From Gracilinanus agilis (Eukaryota), in NCBI RefSeq assembly GCF_016433145.1, contig NC_058131.1:138045794-138109793 (forward strand): 64,000 nt of DNA, given 5' to 3'. Positions 49,720 through 60,128 of the stretch are shown here, piece after piece. Each line of letters opens with the position of its first letter. The stretch's first letter is position 1. Under the pieces are notes generated by a model that saw only the letters and a list, made by a program, of their open reading frames with translations, was not told the origin of the DNA and made no database searches. Both the position numbers and the translations under genes were made by a program.

Positions 49720-49849
49720 TAAAGGAGCTTTGCTATTTTCCATAGGAAATCTGGCTCACCTATTGTATAGTCTTCTTATATTTTACTTCCCTCTACATGG
49801 TCTCAGATTCAAGAACATTGGCCTTCTTACACACATACATTCCATCTCT

Positions 49850-50026
49850 CAATTCCATGCCTTTTCACTGGTTGGCTTCCCTGCCTGGAATTCTCTCCCT
49901 CTATATGTCTGTCTCCTAGACTTCTTGGCCTGCCTTCAGAACTCAATTCAAATGCCACTTTGTGTAAGAGGCTTCTACCTTGCCCCTTTTCTTTTGTTTT
50001 TTCCTGGGATGATCTTCAGTTTACTC

Positions 50027-50071
<45 letters not shown>

Positions 50072-50235
50072 CAGACATATTATATATGTATTCTGTACAT
50101 AGTTTTTGCATGTCATTTCTTCCATTAGATTAATTGAGGACAAGCATCATGTTTTTATATTTCTTTGTAACCCAGCATTTAGTACAGTGTCGACACATAA
50201 TAATTGCATAATAAATGTTTGTTGACTGATTGGAT
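49850..50235 (+). mobile_element. L2 3' end containing a (GATA)n microsatellite (50028-50071)
   Basis: ctgcctggaattctctccct...ccttcagaactcaattcaaatgccac...ataaatgtttgttgactgattgga. Confidence 0.8.
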
Positions 50236-50260
50236 GACCATGTGCTATTCAGTAACCAAC

Positions 50261-50401
50261 TGCATTGTCTCTTCCAAAAACACATGTTGATTGACCAGCT
50301 CTACAAGTTTCCTATCCATTTGCATATTGTAACTTGTGCAATAGATTTTCTTCATCCACTTCATTTTTCTTGGGCGGACAATCAGACCAAACTCATTTGA
50401 G
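50261..50401 (-). pseudogene. Exon
   Basis: tcttttttatacttgccatttaag|CTCAAATG...AATGCA|gttggt. 141 nt, open in phase 2: SNEFGLIVRPRKMKWMKKIYCTSYNMQMDRKLVELVNQHVFLEETM. The donor is weak. Confidence 0.45.
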
Positions 50402-50547
50402 CTTAAATGGCAAGTATAAAAAAGATTGGGCACAAGGGATGTTAAAATATAATCTAAATGGTTGTGGGTACACACACACTGGGTTGGAGGAGAGACAGAA
50501 CCAACCAGGATAGGGAGACCAGAGTACACAGCTAAGCTGCTGTTAAC

Positions 50548-51219
50548 TGTCAAGAATGACAGTTAGCTCAACTGTCACCCAGCTCACCACTAGGCCAGAG
50601 TCTTTGAAACCAGCAGGCAAGGTAAAGGGTTTTTTAACAGTTTTAATTATGATTTACTTATAAAGGTGGGATAGGGGATTCTACACTTAATACCCTAAAG
50701 GGCAAAACACAGGAGCAAGGGGAGGACTTGTCTACACTAACTCTAATGGACCTAGGCCAGGCAGGGCTCAAAGAAGCAGTAATAGAGTTTCTGGGAAGGC
50801 TGCTTCACACCTGGTTCCAGCCAGGTTTGACCAGCACAGCTAAAAGGGGCTGAGGATGGCTTTCTCACAGTAATCCACAGATGATCACAGGATGCCAAAA
50901 GCCAAGGTCGTCCAAAGTATCCAAGTATAGAGAGAGTGTGCTTGAGATGCTGTCCACCAGATCCCAAACCCCTCCTCCACCTGGTGCTGCTCTGTAGTTC
51001 TTGTCCACTTGCTAGATGCCACCACCACTCAGGATCCCAGGGAATTGGGATGCAGGTCTGAGATCTCCCAGGGCTAGCAACAGTTTGTGCCAACCACTAA
51101 TGGAGTCTCTCTCAGAGCACAAGCCACTTCCTGCTCCTTCATTCCATCTTGGAATGCTCCAGCCTTTCCTACTAGGTCCAACCTTAATAATTAATTACTA
51201 ACTAATCTTCCTCACAACA
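50548..51219 (-). mobile_element. Probable solo ERV LTR
   Basis: TG...CA termini, about 670 bp, GC-richer interior. TSD not resolved. Confidence 0.6.
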
Positions 51220-51391
51220 CAAATAATGACAAAAATATATATAGTGTAGTTTATTTAGGAGACCTGAGATATTAACCTGGCTCAATCATCAATCAACTGT
51301 GGGACACTGGATTTTTGCTTCCTAATCAATGAAATGAATGGTTTGACCTAAGTGATTATTTGGATCATAGACTGTTAGAAATAGAAGGGGC

Positions 51392-51637
51392 AGGGGCAGC
51401 TGGGTGGCTCAGTGGATTGAGAGCCAAGCCTAGAGATGGGAGGTCCTAGGTTCAAATCTGGACTCAAACACTGCCTAGCTGTGTGACCCTGGGCAAGTCA
51501 CTTGACCCCCATTGCCTAGTCCTTGCTGCTCTTTTTGCCTTTGAACCAATACATAGTATCAATTCCAAGACAGAAAGTATGTGTTTAAAAAAGAAAGAAA
51601 CAAAGAAACAAAGAAAGGAAGGAAGGAAGAAAAGAAA
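51392..51637 (+). mobile_element. SINE-1_MD/MdoSINE with A-rich tail and TSD
   Basis: ggggcagctgggtggctcagtggattgagagcc. TSD agaaatagaaggggc at 51377-51391 and 51638-51652. Confidence 0.95.
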
Positions 51638-52179
51638 AGAAATAGAAGGGGCTTTAGTAGCTAGTTAGTCCAACCTCATTTTACACTTGAAGAAACTGAG
51701 GTCCTAGGAGCTTAAGAGACATATCAAAAATCACACTTTAAGGGCTTCATCTGGCATGTATTTGGGTGACTTTGCATTTGAAGAGAATCAGTGGAGAGGT
51801 TCTTTTCTAAGACTTTCCACACAGAAAGTGGAAGAAACAGAATCCATACTCTAATCTTCTGAGTCTAGACTAAAACCATTTTCCATTGTGCCACTCTAAT
51901 TTCAATACATTCCCTTCCAGCTCTCAAATTCTGGCTTATAAAAGTAGCAACATACCAATTTAATACTTATACACAATAGTCAATTATTTCGCAGATTAGT
52001 AGACTTCTGATGTTAGAAAAAACAGGTACACGTTAATATAAGAAGGCTGATTGAGTGTTTTGTTTTCGGTGTGGATGAACAGTTTGGGTTTGCACTGACA
52101 GTCCTTCATGGGAAAAGATCTTGCTTTGTAGGCTTCCCAAAAAAAGGTTGCCATAGTTACAAGGAAAAAGCCCACCCAC

Positions 52180-52455
52180 TTCATCTGAAGGTTCAGAACA
52201 AGGTCATTCATCCAATCATCACTTCTGTACTTCACGAACTGTGAAGAAGATCCAACTGAAAGTATTCAAATATTAAAAATGAGGAAATCTTACCAAATGC
52301 TGTCAGATGTGAAATGTGGAGACTTAAAAAGCTCATGTATCTTCCTGACAGGTACTAAAGTAGGTCTGATTATTTTAATTTGGGAAGGAAAAAAAACAAC
52401 CATTTCCCAAACTGTGTAATTTAAATCTGGCTGAAAGAATTTCCCTCCTACTTTC
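52180..52455 (-). pseudogene. Degenerate exon
   Basis: ttgtcttcactcaaaatattcag|GAAAG...CAGATGAA|gtgggt. 276 nt: ...FPSQIKIIRPTLVPVRKIHELFKSPHFTSDSIW*DFLIFNI*ILSVGSSSQFVKYRSDDWMNDLVLNLQM. Confidence 0.45.
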
Positions 52456-52543
52456 CTGAATATTTTGAGTGAAGACAAAGTAATTGAAATGGAGCATGAA
52501 AAAGGATAATTGTGAAAATTTATAAAAATCAAGTCTTTCTTAC

Positions 52544-52679
52544 GACTTTGAGCTTGTAGTTTATTTTACATCCTATGTGTATTATATAAACACATGCATC
52601 AAATTCATCTACACCATTTCTACATTGTCGGTATACATTCAGGAATGCTGAGATCTCATAGTGAATCCATGTATTTTTT
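52544..52679 (-). pseudogene. Exon
   Basis: cacttcttttcaatcaaag|AAAAAATAC...CAAAGTC|gtaaga. 136 nt, open: KNTWIHYEISAFLNVYRQCRNGVDEFDACVYIIHIGCKINYKLKV. An 88-nt intron separates it from the next exon. Confidence 0.5.
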
Positions 52680-52689
52680 CTTTGATTGA

Positions 52690-53520
52690 AAAGAAGTGTA
52701 TTTGGACCCATCCACTCTAGAAAGCAGTTTGGAACTATGCTTCCCAAATTACCAACCTGTGGATTGCCTTTGATACAAAAATGCCATTACTAGGTCTATA
52801 TCCCAAAGAGATCAAAGAAAGAAGAAAAGGACCAATATTTGCAAAAATATTTATAACATTTCTTCATAGTGAAAAAGAACTGGAAGTTAATGGGAGAAGT
52901 ATCAATTAGGATAAAACTAAACAAGTTGTGTTGTATGAATGTAATATAATATCATTGTACCATAAGATTTGACAAAAATAATTGTTTCAGGGCAACCTAG
53001 TGATACTTGTATGAATTGATGCTGAGTGAAATGAGCAGAACCAGAAAAATGATTTGTATTTATATAATAGCAATCTCACGATAAACAGTTTTGAAAGACT
53101 TATGAACTCTGATCAAAACACTGAACGTGGGATAAGCTGGATCAGTGGATTGAGAGCCAGGCCTAGAGACAGGAGGTCCTAGGTTCAAGTCTGACCTCAG
53201 ACACTTCCTAGATATGTGACCCTGGGCAAATGACTTAACCTCCATTGCATAGCTCTTACCACTCTTCTGCCTTAGTGCCAATACATAATATTGATTCCAA
53301 GATGGAAGAGAAGGGTTTAAAAAATACTGACCAACCATGGTTTTAGAAGGTTGTTGATGAAGGCTACCTACCTCCTAACAAAAAAGTGATACATTGAAGA
53401 TATAGAATAAAACATATTTTTATAGTCAATGCTGGGATTTATTTTATTTGACTATGCATATTTCTGAAAAGAGGTATTTTCCCCTCTCCTATGGCACTGG
53501 GAGATGAAGAAATAATATAA
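52690..53520 (+). mobile_element. Old L1 3' end interrupted by a SINE-1_MD-type SINE (about 53140-53320)
   Basis: cattactaggtctatatcccaaagagatcaaag (LLGLYPKEI). SINE ggatcagtggattgagagccaggcctagagacaggagg. Confidence 0.85.
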
Positions 53521-54119
53521 AAGCTTAATAATGGGTAAAAAATTCAAACTGAATGAATCAGTGAAGCTCTATTGGGAATTTTCATGTTCCTTTCTCTGTG
53601 CCCCTTCTCCTTAATTTCACATCCTCTTATCATGTTGTCACAAAGGTAAGGGCTTAACAACTCTTGTCAGTTATAGCCATGTCCTGAAGAGAGACTGCAA
53701 TGCCGAGCTAATTTATCTTTTGAAAGGGAAAAGCAATGCCAGGACTGAAAGCAGAATCCATAAAGAGATTAGAGCACCAAAATGTTGTACTCCAAACCAA
53801 AGGTTTAGGTATAGGTGGTATAGAGAGCTTTTGCCCAAATTCTGGGATGAATTATCTTCCCTATCCATTGAAGTCTTTTCCTTCTTTCAAGTATGAAATC
53901 AGGTGCCACCTGCTCCTTAAAGCTTTTTTTCTCATACATTCTCCTCTCCAGATAAAAGGCCTATCTGCCCTAATCATGGCATAAAATTGTGCCGAGATCT
54001 CTACTTTGAATGTCTCACAATTTTTTCTTCCTATGGAACAAAAAGCCACATCAAAGCCTCCTAGCAATAGATATGAATATTTTCTTCAAAAAGAGTTACT
54101 GCAAGCACTGAAGAACCTC

Positions 54120-54142
54120 TCTCTCTCTTTCTTCCCCCCCTC

Positions 54143-54202
<60 letters not shown>
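54120..54202. repeat. (TC)n(CA)n compound microsatellite
   Basis: Directly visible in the sequence. Confidence 0.95.
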
Positions 54203-54205
<3 letters not shown>

Positions 54206-54959
54206 GAAATGTTGAAAGACATTGAGTGACTATCAAGGTAAAAGAGATCTTCCTGTATTAGTCCTGTCCGTGTAGTCATATTGCTATTAGCTTGTTAGAG
54301 CAAAGATCAACATTAACACTCAGTTGGAAGAAAGATAAAGATGAACTGATACTGCAGGCAATTAAGACTATTTCAACATGGCCCATTTAATGGAATCTAT
54401 TTTGCCAAGAATTAGGGGAAAATAAAAACAAGAAAATAAGAAGGGACTATTACTATTTCCTGTAAAAGTTTAACAAATTTAAAGCAATCAAAGCAACGAG
54501 AAGCCAGAATTGCCTAGAAAGCTATTCTAAGCATTCTGCTTTCAAATAGAGATTCTTGGCAACCAATGGAAACACTAATTTTGAAGCTTCTTACTCATTT
54601 GGAAAAGTTTATGAAGTAACTCTTTCCTCTTGTCGGAGAGGTAATAGCCAAGAAATACTGAATGAGAAACACATTTGAGCCATGGCTAATGATGATTTGT
54701 TTTGCTTTACCACATATACTTATTCAATGAAAGGCTTCTATTATGGAAGGATTGCAAGTACCTTGCTAAACAATATATAATTTTTAAAATAAACTATATA
54801 ATGGAAGTTCACAATTTCATATGCTATCCCCTTTTTGTCCTTTGTCTATTGGAATGTTGGAGTGTATATACATTATTGTAAAACTTAAAATTAAAAAGAA
54901 AATTATTTTCAAAAGATTTATAAAGGTCAGTGGTAAAAGATCAACAATAATATCTCAGG

Positions 54960-55165
54960 GAGAAGCAATGGGAAAAAAAGGTTGCACCACACCAATGTAA
55001 CTATCAATAATATGTAAATAAGTCTTGATTGATCACACATGTTAAAACCAGTGGAAATGCACATTGGATATGGGGGGGGTGAAGGGGAGTGAAGAGGAAA
55101 GTAAAAACAAGAATCATGTAACCATGGAAAATGTTTCTAAAAAAAGAAAATATTAAAAAAAAGAA
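54960..55165 (+). mobile_element. Opossum L1 3'UTR fragment
   Basis: gattgatcacacatgttaaaaccagtggaaatgcacattgg...aaccatggaaaatgtttctaaaaaaa. Confidence 0.85.
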
Positions 55166-56619
55166 AGAGGTTGCAGAAATAAATCCTAATAAATAACAGC
55201 AGCTAATACATGTATAGTATTTTATATATGTGATCTCATATAGGCCTTATAGTAACCATGTTATAACTCCACTTTTTATTAACCATATTTTATAGATAAG
55301 AAAATTGAGTCTCAGTGAGTTTAAGTGACTTGTTCAAGGTCACACAGCTTACAAATAACAGAGGAAGGATCCCAGTTTTTCTTGATTCCAATTCTAGTAA
55401 TTGACCCATTATGCTATGATTCATTTTATCCAGCATGATTTGATTAAGCCAAATAGCATATAAAATTAAATTAGAAAAACATGAACAGATGAAAAGTAGA
55501 ATTTACAACAAACTGTTTTCTTTGCTAATCACTTTGGTACCAATCCATTTAGACACCAGCATTTCCTTATCTAGTGTGCGAAATTGGAGAAAATCATGTT
55601 AAGGAAGAGGATAATAAAAGTATCTGACCCAAACTAAGTATATATAGAAGAAAAAAGCATATGTCAGAGGCCACATACTTTTGAGAGATGAATTCCCAAG
55701 ATATCTGAAAGAAAAAAGAGACCAAATAATTGAAGAAAGCACAGATCATGTGACTAGCCCTCTACAACAAATATCTACTGACCTATATGCCTACTCTTCT
55801 CTTAATAAAATCTTTGTAAAAATAACTTGAATATGTAATGAGGGTATCTTTAGTGAAACTATGAGAGGGGAATAGACATGTAATATAACCCATAATAACT
55901 CTTTTGCACATGACTGACTAAAAGATTGTAAAAATGCAAGGTTTTACAATGTTTACAGTTAATTGACTAATTTTAAAAAGCCACTCATCAAGAGCAAAAT
56001 ATAAGCCTTTAAAAGTTCTCTTCCAACAGAATGACTTCCATGTATATATTAAGATAACTATTGTATAATGGCTGTCATAATTTTTCCTTCTCAATGGGTG
56101 GGGTAGAGGTGGTAGGAGGGAGATAATTTCAAACTGAAAATAAAATTTAAGCAATTTTCAAAGAAGATAACAGTGTTGATATATAGATGCAACAATAGAT
56201 TGAATTCCTATGATCCTCTGATTATGTCAAGGGAGGAATGAAGATAATGTTTGACATTGTCATCAAAGATGTCTCATATGGAATGAAAATGGAAGCAAAG
56301 TTTCCTTTAGATAGTTACATCTTCCAGATGCTCTTGCTTGTGGATGATATAATGCTAATTACACAATTTATCTAAACCATAAAATATCATTTTTTCCTGG
56401 GAACAGACCTGTGACTCTATTTGTACAAGAAACATCCAGTAAGGAAACATCCTCTACCCAGGGAGATTTGTACCTGTTCCATACCTAAGAGTTGTGTGGT
56501 AAAGTGGCTTTCCTAAATCACACAGCCAAAATATGTTAGAAACAAGACTTGAACTCAAATCTTCCTGATTCTGAGGTTGACTACCATTGGGATATAGAAG
56601 GTTGTCATGGAAGACAAAT

Positions 56620-57062
56620 ACTTATGGTGTGAGTGCTTGCTGAGCCCTTTTGAGGGCTGCTTTATTCCTTTGGAGCCACCCAGCTCTCACCTGTGGTTCT
56701 AAGAAGCTGTAGCATTTGCAGCAGACACTCCAAGCTTAACCATCTCAGAAGGGAGGTTAAACCAAATTGAAGATAACAACAGGTCTCAAACTTGTCATGA
56801 GTTAGGGAGGTATCTAACCCAATCATGTGACGACTTCCCCAGGGAAAGAGGCAGATGACAAAACTTTGTTCCAAAGGTTATGAAGGCGGCAGAAGCAGGT
56901 GCTATGGAGTGGTGATAGCTTGGTCAGACATTGAAGAAGCCAAAGTTATCTACTGCATCTCAAGCCATCACCAGCCAGCTTCATTTACATCTTGCCACTG
57001 GACTTTGATGACTCTAGAAGAAAGAGTGGCAACTTTGTGGAACTCTGCCTCATTTAAATCTA
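56620..57062 (+). mobile_element. Marsupial RTE-related SINE (WALLSI/Mar-type)
   Basis: cttgccactggactttgatgactctagaag...aactctgcctcatttaaatc. Confidence 0.7.
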
Positions 57063-57065
57063 ATA

Positions 57066-57795
57066 GTCAAACTATGCCCAAAGAGTGCTAAAAGACTGCC
57101 TGCCCTTTGATCCAGCCATACCACTACTTGGTTTATACCCCAAAGAGATCATAAGGAAAAAGACTTGTACAAAAATATTTATAGCTACAGTCTTTGTGAT
57201 GGAAAAACTGGAAAATGAGGAGATGCCCTTCAATTGGGGAATGGCTGAACAAATTGTGGTATCTGTTGGTGATGGAATACTATTGTGCTAAAAGGAATAA
57301 TGAACTGGAAGAATTCCATGTGAACTGGAATGATCTCCAGGAATTGGTGAAGAGTGAAAGGAGTAGAACAAGGAGAACATTATACACAGAGACTGATACA
57401 CTGTGGTAAAATCAAATGTAATGGACTTCTCTACTAGCAACAATGCAATGATTCAGGACAATTCTGAGGGACTTATGAGAAATAATGCTATCCACATTCA
57501 GAGAAAGAACTGTGAGAGTAGAAACACAGAAGAAAAACAACTGCCTGATCACAGGGGTGAATGGGGATATAATTAGGGATATTGGCTCAAAATGAGCACC
57601 CTAGTGTAAATATCAATAATATGGAACTAGGTCTTAATAAATGACACATGTAAAACCCAGTGGAATTGTGCATTGGCTATGGGAGGGGGTGCGAGGAAGG
57701 GAGGGATAGAACATGAATCCTATAACCATGGGGAAAATGTTCTAAATTAAATAAATAAACTTTTAAGATTAAAAAACTAAATAAATAAATCCAAT
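57066..57795 (+). mobile_element. Opossum L1 3' end (ORF2 C-terminus, 3'UTR, A-rich tail)
   Basis: LPFDPAIPLLGLYPKEII.KKTCTKIFIA, followed by ...aaactaaataaataaa. Confidence 0.95.
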
Positions 57796-58770
57796 AGTCA
57801 AAAAACATCAACATGGATGTCATTTTGATCCACTTCTCATATTATGCCATACTGTCCAAGGGCCTAAGTGAGATTGACACCCATTCAAAAGAATACAGAA
57901 TAACGATTCAGAGGAAAAACTCTGTGTGTGTTGGGTGGGGACATTCTATCCTGACAATCATAATAAGCAGTTGAATGAACAGCATATTGAATTGGTTCAT
58001 TGTATGTATCTCTTAGACAGATGCTACAGATGAGCAATGACTTGGATCCAGAGCTGAAGAGGAGGAAATGATCAGTCTGGATTGTATTTGGAATGTTCTG
58101 TAGCATTTTCAATGAATCCTCAGCCACTTTATAAAGTAGGAATAATTGTAAGCAGAAATATTCTTCTATAATTTATAATCCTCAACATTACCCGGTACAC
58201 TGACTGGGTATGAAACTTACATATGATCACATACCTAGTGAGTGTCAGAAGCAGTAATTGGCCCTGGGCTTTGGTCACCCCAGGGCACCTCTTCATCCAT
58301 TGCATTATGCCCCCCTTATCATTTTCTATAGCTACAAATCACAGAAAATAACCAAAATAAAAAGTGCAATTGACATAAAGGTCAAAGGAAACATGTATGA
58401 TGGGCATAAATAGGACATAGACTATTACTAGTGATACCTCAATATCATAAAATAGATCATCTAGGAAATTCATGTTGAAGAAAGGACCAGTTATGTAGAG
58501 AGAGTTAATTATAATAGATGGACAGTCTATGTGCTATCATTGTACTCATGGAATGTTAAGTTTTCCTCTATGACAATCATTAAAACCAAATATTAGAATA
58601 AGCTGAACTGAGAAGACATTTGGCTCATTGTATCATGTAGTGTTAGAAAAAGACCTAAAAGAAGGTCCCCAAATATTTTCTTTCTGCCCCTCCTATGCTT
58701 CTCAGAGGATTTATAGGATAACATAAAATATTTTATTTTGTAGCACTTTAAGGACTGAAAAACATTTTAA

Positions 58771-58775
58771 ATATA

Positions 58776-58807
<32 letters not shown>

Positions 58808-58830
58808 CATATGTGTGTGTGTACACAAAC
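58771..58830. repeat. (TA)n/(TG)n microsatellite
   Basis: Directly visible in the sequence. Confidence 0.85.
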
Positions 58831-59485
58831 ATATTACCTTATCCTCACAAGAAACCTGTGATGTCAGTGCTCTTCTTATCCCCAAGTTACTTTATTTCTT
58901 GGCCATGAAAAAGATGCATTGCAACCTTTTTGACCAGGAGTGCCAATACTGATGAGCTAAGAGATCCATTAAATTAATTTTTCCCAGCTATTAAAATATA
59001 AGTTCCTTGAGCACAAGTTCTCTTCCAAAGGGATTTTTTTTGTATTAGCAGCACTACAAGTTGGTGCTAAATAAGTATTTGTTGAATCAATCAATCAATC
59101 AACCAACCGACAAACATTTATTAAGCACCTGCTATATGAAAGACACTGTGCTGGAAGCTGTTGATACAAAGCTAAAAAGTAAAGCAACCTCTTTTCTCAA
59201 GGAGTTTACATTTCATTGGGCCAGCTAATGAGTGTATCAAAAAAAGGAGCAGCTGTAGCATAAGGTTAGGAATGATAACAATAGCAGTGATAAATTTATT
59301 TAGCACTTTGACATTTATAAAGCATTTTCTTCGCAATAACTCAGTAGGGTATGTATTGAAGATATCATTATCCTCATTTTATAGAAATTGAGACTCAGCA
59401 TGTTTAAATGACTTGCCCAAGGTCACATAGAAAGTACCAGTGTTAAAATCAGCTTCAATATCCTTCTGATTTTAAGTCTAGTCCT

Positions 59486-60128
59486 TGTCCTTATTAACCT
59501 GAAAAAAACACAAAGCTACTAAACTAGTCAGAAAAACCAAGTCTTTAATCAGGAAAGAGATAGTGTTCAATATTTTGGCCGCCACACAGAATCAAATGCC
59601 TAAAAACCACACAAGAGCCAAAGGTTCTGGCACTCTGGGAACAGTATCTCTGAGAGGATCACTGCCCTAGATGATTCTCCAAAGAACAATAGAATTTGGG
59701 GAACTTATATACCTTTTGGGGAAGCAAGGACAAGGAAGTATGATTAACTGACATTACCATGGCTACAAGGAAATGAGAGGTCCAACCTACACTGACAGGA
59801 TGCAAACAGGCTGGGGAAAGAAACTGTAGGCAGAGACAGGGGTATCAGGGAGTGCTCTACTTAAAATAGATACTAAAAGGATAGTTCCTGTACCCAGTTG
59901 GTCTTCTTGAGAACAGATCTGATACAATAGGAGAAACTTCCAAGATTAAAAGGGTACTTAGCATTTGATTTAGATCTACTATTTCCACCCAACTAGAACC
60001 ATTAAGTTCCCTAAAGTCTGTTAATCAGTCTGAAATGGCTAAGTATAGGATTTCCCTTGGGGTGAATTCTCAGGAGAGGGGCAGAATTGGGGTCTCCAGA
60101 TTTCAAGGTGGCATACTACATCTCCACA
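59486..60128 (-). mobile_element. Probable solo ERV LTR
   Basis: TG...CA termini, reverse TATA (cttatatacc, about 59704) and reverse ATTAAA (tttaat, about 59545). Confidence 0.6.

Larger units (their letters stand above)
8853..52679 (-). pseudogene. Large decayed multi-exon gene of unknown identity (candidate unitary pseudogene)
   Basis: About 20 non-repeat segments with AG/GT boundaries. Several have lengths divisible by 3 (141, 135, 201, 108, 162, 471 nt). Three short canonical introns (88, 75, 92 nt). Translations look protein-like with scattered stops and frameshifts. The true ends of the gene may lie beyond these coordinates. Confidence 0.6.
55540..58700 (+). mobile_element. Fragmented ancient RTE-clade LINE (pieces about 55540-55800, 56170-56360, 57830-58120, 58370-58700)
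   Basis: cagatgctcttgcttgtggatgatataatgctaatt (QMLLxxDDIxLI) and gacttggatccagagctgaagaggagg are RTE-like. The pieces are interrupted by younger elements. Confidence 0.55.

Noticed and set aside
49100-51300. Full Gypsy/ERV element around the PNMA-like ORF
   Set aside because: No capsid, protease, RT or integrase frames follow the stop. L2 sequence begins about 130 bp downstream, and the LTR at 50548 is a separate solo element.
8853-52679. Naming the decayed gene (considered TTC6, TXNDC16, MAP3K19, FSIP2, FAM227)
   Set aside because: The exon peptides did not match my recollection of those proteins, so no symbol is given.
53861-54067. Minus-strand ORF as a further upstream exon
   Set aside because: Its 3' half is L2-like sequence and the boundaries are ambiguous.
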